Positions 18,775-28,839 of a stretch of 58,409 bases of DNA are shown here, one piece after another (position 1 is the stretch's first letter; each line of letters starts with the position of its first letter). Made by a program: the position numbers and the translations under genes. Source of the stretch: Candidatus Hermodarchaeota archaeon (GTDB taxonomy: Archaea > Asgardarchaeota > Lokiarchaeia > Sigyniarchaeales > SOKP01); contig JBHLLP010000021.1 of NCBI GenBank assembly GCA_048885525.1, positions 1 through 58,409 of the forward strand, written 5' to 3'. The notes under the pieces are model-generated. The model ran no database searches and was not told the origin of the DNA. It was given only the letters and a program-made list of their open reading frames with translations.

Positions 18775-20724
18775 ATGAGCTATGATAAAATGGTTAAAGG
18801 AAAACCAGGAGATATAAAGTTCTTTTTAGGGAATGAAGCAATTGTTCGTGGTGCGATTGAAAGCGGTTTAGATGTCTATACTTATTATCCTGGTACACCC
18901 AGTTCTGAAGTTGGGGAAATATTTATGGATATTTACAAAGATGTAGGTATGAAATGGGTAGAGAGTAGCATTAATGAAAAAGTAGCTATAGAAGTCGCTG
19001 GGGCTGCGTACGCCAGAGGTGCTACAGTAATGATAGGTATGAAAAATGTAGGATTGAATGTTGCTTCTGATCCCTTATTCGCTCTCGCTACTACAAAACC
19101 AAATAATAAGAATTCTGCTTTAGTTATTTTAGTTGCTGATGATCCACAACAGCATTCGAGTGCTGTAGAGATGGATTCTCGTAATTATTTAAGACTTTTC
19201 AAAATACCCGCGTTAGAACCAAGTAATCCTCAAGAATGTTTAGATTTTACTAAAGAAGCATTTAAAATATCAAGAAAATTAAAGCTTCCCATAATGCTAA
19301 GGACAGTTACAATGGTCTCTCATGCTAGAAGTAATGTAATTATTGGAGAAATAAACCAATCGAGAATTGAACGTGATTTTGATTTATCTAAAGAAGTTAA
19401 TGTCGCACTTAGACTATATTTTTTGGGGATGAAGGAAAATCATATATATATAAGAATGAATCAAGCTTTGGAAATATCTGAAAACAGTTCAATAAACAGA
19501 GTTGAAAATGAGGATGCTATAAATGAGTTTAATTTAGGAATCATTAGTAGTGGTGTATCATACAGTTATGTACTTGAAGCATTAGATTTCCTTGAAATGA
19601 AAGCACCGCTTCTTAAAATTGGTTTTATAAATCCCCTTCCAGTGAAAAAAATATCATCATTTCTTGAGAGATTTGATCAAGTATTTGTTGTTGAAGAAAA
19701 CGATCCTTATCTTGAAACTCAGGTTCTTGCTATAGCTCAAATGAATAGCCTTAAAGTAAAGATTCATGGTAAGGATCCATTTTCCTATTCGAAAAAAAAT
19801 TCATTATTACCTTTCGTAGGAGAATTAAATCCTACTTTAGTTGCTTTAGCTTTGATAAAAATCACCAACTTAAAACCTAAATTAAATTTAGAAAAAATTA
19901 ATCAAGAAAAGTATGAAATAATCCAGAGAAAACCGATAATGTGTGCTGGATGTCCCCATAGAACAACAGGATATGCATTACAAAAAGCGGTTAAAAAATT
20001 AAAATCAAGAACAGGAAAGAATATTTTCTTTTACCAAGATATTGGATGTTATACTCTTTTAGCATTACCTCCTTACTCTTTTGCTAATGTAAAATACTGT
20101 ATGGGTTCAAGTATAGCTTTGGCTCAAGGAGTTGCCCAAACAAGTGAAAGTCTGAATATCGCGATCATAGGAGATGGAACTTTTTTTCATTCTGGAATTC
20201 CTGCTCTCTTAAATGGAATATATAATAAGGCACCAATTTTAGTACTAATCTTAGATAATGGATGGATCGGAATGACAGGTCAACAACCTCATCCTGGAAG
20301 TGATACTCGCTACTATATAGGAGGAAATTACAAGAAGAGTATCGATTTAGAAGGATTTTTGCGTGGTACTGGAGCTAAAATTGACATAATCAAGCATAAT
20401 GAAAATACTGATAAGAACTATATTTCAAATTTAAAAAATCTCATTTTTGAAAAAGGGTGTGATGTGTTAGAAAATAAAAACTTGCATGTTATTCTTATAA
20501 AGGACGAGTGCATTCAAAAAACTGTGAAAAGACAAGCAATTACCATAAGATCCGTTGATAATGAATTGTGTAATAATTGCGGTATATGTTATAGGCAATT
20601 TTTATGTCCAGCTATTAGTCAAAGAATCAATACTGCTTTTATAGATTCAAATTTATGTATAGGTTGTGGTATATGTGAAGAAATTTGCGCTAATAACGCG
20701 ATTCATAAAGAGGAAGTATTATGA
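18775..20724 (+). CDS. iorA: Indolepyruvate:ferredoxin oxidoreductase alpha subunit
   Basis: LGNEAIVRG, YPGTPSSE, NEKVA, MKNVGLNVA, MCAGCPH, DIGCY, IGDGTFFHSG, C-terminal ferredoxin. Confidence 0.93.
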   Translation: MSYDKMVKGKPGDIKFFLGNEAIVRGAIESGLDVYTYYPGTPSSEVGEIFMDIYKDVGMKWVESSINEKVAIEVAGAAYARGATVMIGMKNVGLNVASDPLFALATTKPNNKNSALVILVADDPQQHSSAVEMDSRNYLRLFKIPALEPSNPQECLDFTKEAFKISRKLKLPIMLRTVTMVSHARSNVIIGEINQSRIERDFDLSKEVNVALRLYFLGMKENHIYIRMNQALEISENSSINRVENEDAINEFNLGIISSGVSYSYVLEALDFLEMKAPLLKIGFINPLPVKKISSFLERFDQVFVVEENDPYLETQVLAIAQMNSLKVKIHGKDPFSYSKKNSLLPFVGELNPTLVALALIKITNLKPKLNLEKINQEKYEIIQRKPIMCAGCPHRTTGYALQKAVKKLKSRTGKNIFFYQDIGCYTLLALPPYSFANVKYCMGSSIALAQGVAQTSESLNIAIIGDGTFFHSGIPALLNGIYNKAPILVLILDNGWIGMTGQQPHPGSDTRYYIGGNYKKSIDLEGFLRGTGAKIDIIKHNENTDKNYISNLKNLIFEKGCDVLENKNLHVILIKDECIQKTVKRQAITIRSVDNELCNNCGICYRQFLCPAISQRINTAFIDSNLCIGCGICEEICANNAIHKEEVL

Positions 20725-21299
20725 CTTTTAATGATTATAATATTGTAATTACTGGCTTGGGTGGACAAGGTCTAATTCGTTTATTGCAGATATTAGGCCA
20801 TGCGTTAGTAACTCAAGGATATAAAGTAATAACATCTGAAACGCATGGACTGAGTCAAAGGGGAGGTATCGTGACATGTTTCCTCCGCTTTGGCAATAAG
20901 TTGAATGCTCCAATACCAATGGTTGGATCTACAGATATGATAATTGCTCTAGAGGAAAGTAGTATAATAGAAGTATTAAAATATGCAAAACCTGATAAAA
21001 GTACTATATTAATTATATCTACCTACGAGAAACATAACATTATTGAGGAATATATTTCTTTAGATTATCTTTTAAACATGCTGTATGAAAAATCAGAAAA
21101 ACTTTATTTTATTCCAACTATGGAAATTGCTTTAAAGCTTTCTAAAAATCTTAGAACTATGAATATTGTAATATTAGGCTACATCCTTAATTTTTTACCA
21201 TTAGATAAATCAATTGTTGAAGAATCAATGAAACAATTTTTTAAAAAAGATACTTTAGAAATGAATTTAAATGTATTTAATGAAGGATTTAACTTATAA
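20721..21299 (+). CDS. iorB: Indolepyruvate:ferredoxin oxidoreductase beta subunit
   Basis: GLGGQG, SETHGLSQRGG; ATGA overlap with iorA. Confidence 0.9.
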   Translation: MTFNDYNIVITGLGGQGLIRLLQILGHALVTQGYKVITSETHGLSQRGGIVTCFLRFGNKLNAPIPMVGSTDMIIALEESSIIEVLKYAKPDKSTILIISTYEKHNIIEEYISLDYLLNMLYEKSEKLYFIPTMEIALKLSKNLRTMNIVILGYILNFLPLDKSIVEESMKQFFKKDTLEMNLNVFNEGFNL

Positions 21300-22667
21300 A
21301 TGCTTTTGAAGGTTTGAAATCTTTTTTTCTAATTTTCTGATTTGAGATTCATTTCCATTTAAATCTAGCATATTTTTAAGAATTTGTAATCCTTGTTTAT
21401 AATAATTTATTGCTTTGATGTAATCTTTCTTTTTCTCGGCTTTTTCACCTACTTTTAAAGCGTACTCAAGTTCCAAGTCTTTAATCTTTTTATCAAGTTC
21501 TAAAACCATAAATGAAATTCTCCCAACTTCATCCGTAAAATCAAATCCAGATGCCAAATAAAGTGCCATTTCATATTCTTTTTGCGCTTCTTTATAAGCT
21601 AATCCTTTTTCCGCAGTTTCAGCTTTTCTAATATAGGAATTTATAGAAGATCTAACTTCTTCTTCACTCATATATATTGCTTTCTCTTTTAACTCATTTA
21701 TTTCATCTTCATTAGCGATTATTGAAGAAATTAATTCATTACGATCTATTCTCACTGCTCGTGATTCTTGAAAATCACTAATCGATTCTTCAGCAGTTTC
21801 AATAGTAGTGGGAAGGATAACATTTTTTTCAATTAGTTGATAAATTTCGTATAGAATTTTGTTTGCATCAATATGAACGATCCTTTGAACTTGGTCAATT
21901 AAATTTATAATAAAAAAGAATGTTTTTGAAGCAAGTAATTCTTTGGCAAAATCAAATATAGCTTTTTGAATAGGATTCTTTTTAATTAGTTCTAATTCAT
22001 CTGGTAATAGGGTGTGAGTTAAAACCATAGGGAAAACTAATTTTACATTAAAATTATCTATAATAAAATCAATAGTAGTTTTGAAACGCATCTTCCCTTT
22101 TGTTATATGTTCTTCAATTTTATCAAGATACATACTCTCATAATTGCTTAAAAACTCAGATACAACAGTTTTCAAGCTATCAGATGCTTTATGATCTAAA
22201 ACCAAACAGATTCTTATAAATTGGCCATTTTTAAGTAATATATTGAATTTTTCATATTGAAATTCATAAAATTGATAATACTTTCCTTCCGTTCCATTCC
22301 CATCTGAAGTAGAACTCGATTCTGAAAATGTGATATTTGCTTGAATAAACCCTGTTAATAATTCTGTATTTACTCCTGCTCCTGAAATTGGATAATCGAC
22401 AAGAGCAAGCCCAGATTCTTTCGCCACTAATAAAATGTGTTTTATGTTTAAAACATCTAAAAATTTTTGCCATATTAAATCTTGGAACATCTGAATACGT
22501 TTTTCTTCAGAATCTATTATTGAGAATTTGATATTATGAGTAAAACTTAAACCTAATCTCTCAAGTTTAGCTCTAACACATTCCTTACAAAAATCTGGAT
22601 ATTTATCACATTTATCTTTTTCTAATCCACAATCAAATCCAATCGGACTAATTTGAAAATATACCAT
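21294..22667 (-). CDS. Asgard-type protein: Cys-rich N-terminus, longin-like domain, C-terminal TPR-like helices
   Basis: CGLEKDKC..C..C; HILLVAKESGLALV...ELLTGFIQANITF; AEKKKDYIKAINYYKQGL. Confidence 0.65.
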   Translation of the reverse strand: MVYFQISPIGFDCGLEKDKCDKYPDFCKECVRAKLERLGLSFTHNIKFSIIDSEEKRIQMFQDLIWQKFLDVLNIKHILLVAKESGLALVDYPISGAGVNTELLTGFIQANITFSESSSTSDGNGTEGKYYQFYEFQYEKFNILLKNGQFIRICLVLDHKASDSLKTVVSEFLSNYESMYLDKIEEHITKGKMRFKTTIDFIIDNFNVKLVFPMVLTHTLLPDELELIKKNPIQKAIFDFAKELLASKTFFFIINLIDQVQRIVHIDANKILYEIYQLIEKNVILPTTIETAEESISDFQESRAVRIDRNELISSIIANEDEINELKEKAIYMSEEEVRSSINSYIRKAETAEKGLAYKEAQKEYEMALYLASGFDFTDEVGRISFMVLELDKKIKDLELEYALKVGEKAEKKKDYIKAINYYKQGLQILKNMLDLNGNESQIRKLEKKISNLQKHL

Positions 22668-22887
22668 TTATTTTCAATATCTCTTTTTTAATTGTTTTTT
22701 ATTCGATAAGAATAATTAAATAATTTGGCTCCTAAATTATTTTTACTCATATTCCCCGTAATCATATATTAGATTTATTGTTTTTATAATTTTAGAAACT
22801 CATTGATTCCGTGATATTATAACGAAAATTCAAGATTTAAAGGTTTAGATTAATGAATGAATAATTCATAATTAAGTAAAATGTGAA

Positions 22888-23376
22888 TTATTTATCCATT
22901 TTTAATTCTTGGATAAATGAATTGATTTTATCAATATGATAGCCTTTCTTAATCTCTTTCTTTGTGATTGCTAATGTGCATAATGGTTTTTCATTACAAA
23001 TTTCAGCCATATCTTCAAATGTTTCAGAACTTCCTTTACCACCAAGAGTACAGAAAAACAAAACTTTCTTAAATTTACCTTTATTAGCAGAGATGTATGT
23101 TCTTATTGCAGGTGTCATCCTTTTGTTCCATATAGGAGTTCCTAATATTATTAAATCATACAATTCTGGATTTTTTTGAAATTTTTTGATGGTAGTTAGT
23201 TTTTTTCTTGTTGCTGCGTACCCGCACTTAAAGAATCCTATGATAAAACCGGTTCTTTTTTTCATATCAATTATTTCTTCACTAGCACAATTTAAACTGC
23301 TTGAAATTATTTCAGCAATTTTCTTCGTAGTGCCTGTTCTGGAATAAAATGCTATCAATATATTCATTATTATCAC
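22888..23376 (-). CDS. Flavodoxin
   Basis: FYSRTGTTKKIA, YDLIILGTPIW, FFCTLGG. Confidence 0.88.
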   Translation of the reverse strand: MIIMNILIAFYSRTGTTKKIAEIISSSLNCASEEIIDMKKRTGFIIGFFKCGYAATRKKLTTIKKFQKNPELYDLIILGTPIWNKRMTPAIRTYISANKGKFKKVLFFCTLGGKGSSETFEDMAEICNEKPLCTLAITKKEIKKGYHIDKINSFIQELKMDK

Positions 23377-23392
23377 ATTTTTTCTTATTATT

Positions 23393-24040
23393 TTAGAAGG
23401 ATGTGATCAATATTAAAATTCCTACAAAAATAAATATTGATGTCGAGATTAGTTTTAAATAAAATTTTGGCACTTTACGTGCAATAATAGCCCCAAAAAG
23501 TATTCCTAACCAAGCAACAGAGATTAATGCTAAAAAACTTCCTAACCATACTTCAATTGGAAAAACATAAATAGAAGCAAGTGTAATGGTTAATATTTGT
23601 GTCTTATCCCCTAATTCCATGAGAAATATAAATCCAAATCCGGCTATATATGGATTTCTTTTTAATTTAGGAAATTTTGATGTTGAATTTTCTTTATCTT
23701 CTGAATCACTATCATCTAAAGCAGAATTTCCAGTCTCATTTATATTTTTATGTTTCTCTAAATAAAGTTTCTTGAGATTGCGTGCTTCTAGTATTCCTAT
23801 TATTATAAAAACGATTCCAGAGGCTATCGAAATTATAAAGATTGGAATAAATTGAGTTATAACGGCACCAAAAAAAACTCCAATTGTTACTATAAGAGCA
23901 AAGCCAAAGGTAACTCCAATTCCAACCTTATAGAATTTTTTATATTCTAATGCAAGATTGAAAACGATTAATTGAGTTTTATCTCCTAATTCACCAAGAA
24001 ATAATATCCCATAAGTGATAAGAATGGTAAGAATATCCAT
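23393..24040 (-). CDS. TMEM165/GDT1 family Ca2+/Mn2+ transporter
   Basis: Two ELGDKTQ motifs. Confidence 0.93.
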   Translation of the reverse strand: MDILTILITYGILFLGELGDKTQLIVFNLALEYKKFYKVGIGVTFGFALIVTIGVFFGAVITQFIPIFIISIASGIVFIIIGILEARNLKKLYLEKHKNINETGNSALDDSDSEDKENSTSKFPKLKRNPYIAGFGFIFLMELGDKTQILTITLASIYVFPIEVWLGSFLALISVAWLGILFGAIIARKVPKFYLKLISTSIFIFVGILILITSF

Positions 24041-24109
24041 GAATTTATGAATTAAACTTTATTAAAATCCGTTTCTATTAATGAATAAATTACACTTTAG
24101 GAAAGAATG

Positions 24110-25399
24110 TTAAAAAATTTTTTTAAAATCCTTTTCGAGTTGATTGCGGAAGTTTGGATGAGCAATACTTATTAAATCTGTAGCTCTTTGACGAACCGTT
24201 TTTCCTCGTAAATCTGCTATTCCATATTCTGTAACTATATAATGAACATCAAAACGGGAAGTTGTTACACATGCTCCTTCGTTAAGTTTAGGTACTATAC
24301 GAGAAATTGTCTTTTTTGTATTTGTCGACGGAAATGCAATAATAGATTTTCCTCCTTGTGATAAACTTGATGCTCTAACGAAATCAACTTGTCCTCCTAC
24401 TCCAGAATATTGCTGATAGCCTAGGGTATCAGAACAGACTTGACCAAATAAATCAATTTGTAGTGCTGAATTAATTGAGATAAGATTATTAACACATCCT
24501 GCAACTGTAATGTTATTTGTATAATCTACTGGACGCATTTCAACATTTGGATTATCATCTACAAAATCATAAAGGCGTTTGGTACCCATTAAGAAAGTTG
24601 CAGTAAATTTACCTGGATTAAGATTGTTAAACTTATTAGTTATTATTCCTTTTTCATATAAATCAACCACACCATCAGAAAACATTTCTGAATGAATGCC
24701 AAGGTCTTTTTTATCAGCTAAAAATTTCAAAACCGCATCGGGGATTGCTCCTATTCCTAACTGGAGATTTCCATTATCTGGAACTAATGAAGCAACATAG
24801 TTCCCTATTTTTTCTTCAATTTCAGATATGATAGGGAGAGGGATTTCTAATAAAGCTCTATCAGTTTCTATAATATAATCAATCTGAGATATGTGGATAT
24901 GAGATCCTCTTGTCCGGGGCATTTGTTTATTTACTTCAGCGATTACAATCTTTGCTGATTCTGCAGCAGCCATTGTATAATCTACAGAAATTCCATAGCT
25001 TAAATTCCCATCATCATCAGGTAATGAAAGCTGAACCAAGGCAACATCAACAGGTAAAATATTATCCTTAAAAAGGCGCGGAATTTCAGAAAAAAAAACT
25101 GGAGTATAATCAGATCGCCCTTCTTTAATTGATTTTCGTGTTCCAGCTCCTGCAAATAGTGAATTATGCCGAAAATGCCTTTCCATTCCTGGCAGACAAT
25201 ATTTGCATTCTCGTAATGGAACCATGTGTACAATTTCTACATCTTTGAGTCGATCTTTTTGATTTACTAATTCATCTAATAAAACTATTGGCTCACCAGC
25301 AGCATGCCCAACTACTAATCTATCTCCAGATTCTATAACTTTGATGGCTTTATCAACTGAAGTAATTTTATTCTTATATTCTTCTCTCCAATCATTCAT
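24110..25399 (-). CDS. 4-hydroxybutyrate CoA-transferase / acetyl-CoA hydrolase family
   Basis: LQLGIGAIPDA, LGIHSEMFSDG, SGVGGQVDF, VTEYGIADLRG. Confidence 0.92.
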   Translation of the reverse strand: MNDWREEYKNKITSVDKAIKVIESGDRLVVGHAAGEPIVLLDELVNQKDRLKDVEIVHMVPLRECKYCLPGMERHFRHNSLFAGAGTRKSIKEGRSDYTPVFFSEIPRLFKDNILPVDVALVQLSLPDDDGNLSYGISVDYTMAAAESAKIVIAEVNKQMPRTRGSHIHISQIDYIIETDRALLEIPLPIISEIEEKIGNYVASLVPDNGNLQLGIGAIPDAVLKFLADKKDLGIHSEMFSDGVVDLYEKGIITNKFNNLNPGKFTATFLMGTKRLYDFVDDNPNVEMRPVDYTNNITVAGCVNNLISINSALQIDLFGQVCSDTLGYQQYSGVGGQVDFVRASSLSQGGKSIIAFPSTNTKKTISRIVPKLNEGACVTTSRFDVHYIVTEYGIADLRGKTVRQRATDLISIAHPNFRNQLEKDFKKIF

Positions 25400-25524
25400 A
25401 ATTTGATCTCATTAATTGGTTTTTTTTCACATATTATTTCTAATTAATAGATTGAATTTAAGTGAATAAAAGCTTTAAAAAAATTAGAAAATTAAAAAAA
25501 AATTGTTAAATTTAGACTTTTTAC

Positions 25525-26559
25525 TTAAATTTGATATCTCTGATCAATAACAGTCTGAAATTGTATATTTGAATGAGTACCACCTTGATATCCTCCTCGT
25601 TTTGAAACTAAATAAAATTGAGCCATAGTGTTTTCATGAACTAAGGTAATACCTCGCCATTTATTATCATTAGATTTGAATTCTACTACAGTTCCAAATG
25701 CTATACCTTCTCTAAAAGAGTAATTAAAGTCCAATTTATGTAAAATTTTAAGAAGTTCATCATGATATTCAATTATTTTAAGTTGAGGTTTATCTTTAAA
25801 CCGTAGTGCTTCTATGGAGAAAGCTTTGAGGATATCTTCACTCATTTTTTTCCACACTTCTGAATTCGCATAGAATTCAATACCGATAAACTCTCCATTA
25901 ATGAACACAGCGATTCCACACTGATTTTCAACATTCTTGAAATGATTAACTATTTCTCCAGTTTCTTTTTCTGATTCCTTTGTCATTTCGAGATAGCTCT
26001 GCGTAGGGGCCACAGAAAGAGCATACTTCATTTCAGATCTATGTGATTGAATCTCGTCCCATACTGCACCTTGACCCACTGCTGAGATTGCCTCATATGC
26101 AACGTTAGGGTGAAGACGCGTATTTGAAGATTTAAATCCACGACCTTTAGTGTATCTCCACCTTGATTGTTCTACGCATTTAGCAGGAATATTATATTTC
26201 TGTTTAACAGGTCCGGGATTTTTACTGACGATACTTTGTTTTCTTCCTACCGGTATCAAAATTGGTTCCCAAATGGTTCTATCCTGTTTTCCACCGTGAA
26301 CTGTCATTCCAAATGGAATTAAAATTTGCTTATCGCTTTTATTAACAACTTCCAATTGACCAACTGTATCGGTTTCAATAATTTCTATTAATTCTAATTC
26401 TTCAGCTTCTTTTATGCTGATAAAATCAATAAATTTATCGTCTTGAACAATGATAGGAATAACAGTCATATTTTTATAAACTTGAGGGGTATCTAATTTA
26501 AGAAAACTTAATGGATTTTCAAACACAGATTTTACAATATGGATACTTTCATTTTTCAA
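25525..26559 (-). CDS. ARPP-1 (DUF6569)-like protein
   Basis: V.QL.V.N, GGKQDRTI, CVEQSRW, QGAVWDEI, QCGIAVFING motifs. Confidence 0.75.
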   Translation of the reverse strand: MKNESIHIVKSVFENPLSFLKLDTPQVYKNMTVIPIIVQDDKFIDFISIKEAEELELIEIIETDTVGQLEVVNKSDKQILIPFGMTVHGGKQDRTIWEPILIPVGRKQSIVSKNPGPVKQKYNIPAKCVEQSRWRYTKGRGFKSSNTRLHPNVAYEAISAVGQGAVWDEIQSHRSEMKYALSVAPTQSYLEMTKESEKETGEIVNHFKNVENQCGIAVFINGEFIGIEFYANSEVWKKMSEDILKAFSIEALRFKDKPQLKIIEYHDELLKILHKLDFNYSFREGIAFGTVVEFKSNDNKWRGITLVHENTMAQFYLVSKRGGYQGGTHSNIQFQTVIDQRYQI

Positions 26560-26999
26560 ACTTTTTCATCCTCCTTTTTATTTTTTTTATCTTTTTCTTT
26601 TGTACGTTCATCTTCTTCAGAAATATTTTCTTCATAAAGCGGACTTATAAAATGATTTACGATATCTTTACCATTTTTAGTTAGTTCAACGCCATAAGTA
26701 GCTTCGATTTTTCCATTTTCAGTCTTTCCAATAATTTTCATTCCTTTTCCTTTTGGCAACTCCTCTTCAGTAAATTTATCTCTACGAGCTTGTATTATTC
26801 CGCCTCGCTTTAACGCATTTAGATGATAGTTAATATTTTGCTTCTGAATTCCAATATTTTCAGCAATTTCTATAGGCTGTTGCGGACTTTCTGCAAGTTC
26901 TTTTAAAATATCCGCTCGGACAGGGCTTCTAAATACAAGTCCAACCTTCTCAAACATTGGTTTTTTCTTTTTTTCCTTTTTTTCTTCTTTTTTAGCCAT
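26556..26999 (-). CDS. ArsR-like winged-helix transcriptional regulator
   Basis: SPVRADILKEL...EIAENIGIQKQNINYHLNALKRGGII; ATGA overlap with the downstream gene. Confidence 0.82.
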   Translation of the reverse strand: MAKKEEKKEKKKKPMFEKVGLVFRSPVRADILKELAESPQQPIEIAENIGIQKQNINYHLNALKRGGIIQARRDKFTEEELPKGKGMKIIGKTENGKIEATYGVELTKNGKDIVNHFISPLYEENISEEDERTKEKDKKNKKEDEKV

Positions 27000-27256
27000 A
27001 ATTTTTTCACCATATTTCTAAAGAAGTAAAAATTTTTATAGTAAAAAATGCTTTTACTGTAAAAAGAATATTCATTTTCATATATAAATGTTTGTGATTT
27101 TTTAACTAATTTTATATTAAGCAAATTTATTTTCGCTTAGTATTTTTTATATTAAATAATTAACAATCCAAGAATTAAATATGAGATTAATTTTTTAAAT
27201 CAATTAATATAATAAAATTAAGGTAGATTGATATACTGGTATTAGAAATTCTCCCA

Positions 27257-28144
27257 ATGATAGTAGGCTTTATTTTGTGTGGATTAGCGATAGTTCATGC
27301 AATATTCGATGGATCAACCAATCGTATCCAACGATTATTATTATTAGCAACGTTGTTTATATATGGAATTTTTTTAGAAGTTATAGGAATTATATCGGGG
27401 CACCACTTTTATGCAACAGAGCCTATAATGATTTTCGAAATGGTACCTTTATCAATTCCATTAGCGTGGGTTGGGATAATCTATAGTGCAATGATTATTA
27501 GTGAAAGTTTAAAGCTAAATGTATGGATGCGAATTTTTACTGCAACTTTGATTGCTCTTAGTTTAGATTGGGGGATGGATCCTATAGCAGTTGAGTTAGG
27601 ATTATGGACATGGACGTATGTGGGGGGCTCCTTTTTTGGAATACCCAGTTTTAATTTTATTGGTTGGTTTATCATTCCAATTGCATATCAAATATCATAC
27701 AATTTAGATTGGAATAAAGAAAAGAAAAGGGTACAATTATTATCTATAATTACAATTGATAATAATGATTCTTTAAGTCGAAAAATCTACACAATTTTCG
27801 CGGTTGTTCCATTGGCTTTAGTTTTAATGATTTCTATGGGTTTAATAACTCTAATACCTATTGTTTATAATTTACCTCTAAATGTTGTTCTTATTTTTGA
27901 AAGTGTAACTAGTAGTTTTGTTACGTTTATCATTGTTTTCAAGCGTCAAAACCTTAAACGTATGTATTGGTATGATTTGATTCCAGGAATTATTTTACTA
28001 TATATGACGTATAGTTATGTTTTATTAGGATTTATATCAGGCCAAATAATTTTAGGTGTACATCTCATTATCACTGGGATACCCTTATTGTTAGTATTTA
28101 TCTTCAATCTGTTTAAATTCCAGCAAAATAGGGGAATTAGTTAA
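27257..28144 (+). CDS. Carotenoid biosynthesis (CruF/DUF422-like) membrane protein
   Basis: VPLSIPLAW, DWGMDPIAV, GSFFGIPSFNFIGW. Confidence 0.8.
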   Translation: MIVGFILCGLAIVHAIFDGSTNRIQRLLLLATLFIYGIFLEVIGIISGHHFYATEPIMIFEMVPLSIPLAWVGIIYSAMIISESLKLNVWMRIFTATLIALSLDWGMDPIAVELGLWTWTYVGGSFFGIPSFNFIGWFIIPIAYQISYNLDWNKEKKRVQLLSIITIDNNDSLSRKIYTIFAVVPLALVLMISMGLITLIPIVYNLPLNVVLIFESVTSSFVTFIIVFKRQNLKRMYWYDLIPGIILLYMTYSYVLLGFISGQIILGVHLIITGIPLLLVFIFNLFKFQQNRGIS

Positions 28145-28167
28145 AGAGTGAAAAATAAAAATAAATA

Positions 28168-28650
28168 TTAATTTAGTTTTTTGATTTTTTTATAAATTAT
28201 AGGTAATATAGTAATTGAAGTAGTTATAGTAATTAGAACTAAGCCAAAATATCCAGAAATTGCTGGTTGTCCATCTGAGGTTAATCCCTCACTTACGACT
28301 AATGATCTTACAAAGTTTCCCGTTATGCTACATGTTGCTGTTACTTGAATCGTCGCTCCATTGTTTGCAGTTATATTATTGTAATGATAAGTAAATGTAC
28401 TTGTAGATGTCTGATTAGAATATGTTTCAAACTTTACCGTACTTCCATTAACTTTAATTTCTACTGTTATTACGTAGTGAGTTAATGGATCTGTGACATA
28501 ATGAGAAATTGTTACACTAAGTACCTTAGTTGATGAATTATAACTCAAGCTCATATTACTTGGGGGATGTGCTTTTGCGTTTAAAGTAGTTGAGGCTATA
28601 CTAAATAGCAAAAATACTCCTAATACATATATGATCTTTTTTTTAGCCAT
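28168..28650 (-). CDS. Secreted His/Cys-motif protein with C-terminal sorting-like TM anchor
   Basis: Start refined to MAKKK; signal peptide ending AKA|HPP; H...HYV; PAISGY-TM-KKIKK tail. Confidence 0.75.
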   Translation of the reverse strand: MAKKKIIYVLGVFLLFSIASTTLNAKAHPPSNMSLSYNSSTKVLSVTISHYVTDPLTHYVITVEIKVNGSTVKFETYSNQTSTSTFTYHYNNITANNGATIQVTATCSITGNFVRSLVVSEGLTSDGQPAISGYFGLVLITITTSITILPIIYKKIKKLN

Positions 28651-28839
28651 TTTTATGCTTCTCAATTTTTAGTATATAAGATTATTTGATGATTTATGGT
28701 GGTTTTATATTTAATATTTTTCATTAAAAAATAAAAGAATGATGTAAGTCTTGGTGACAAAAATTATTAACGATTTTGTATTAAATTCTTTAACCATATT
28801 AAGAAATTCGTCTTAATTCGTAGTTCAAGGAACAAACTG

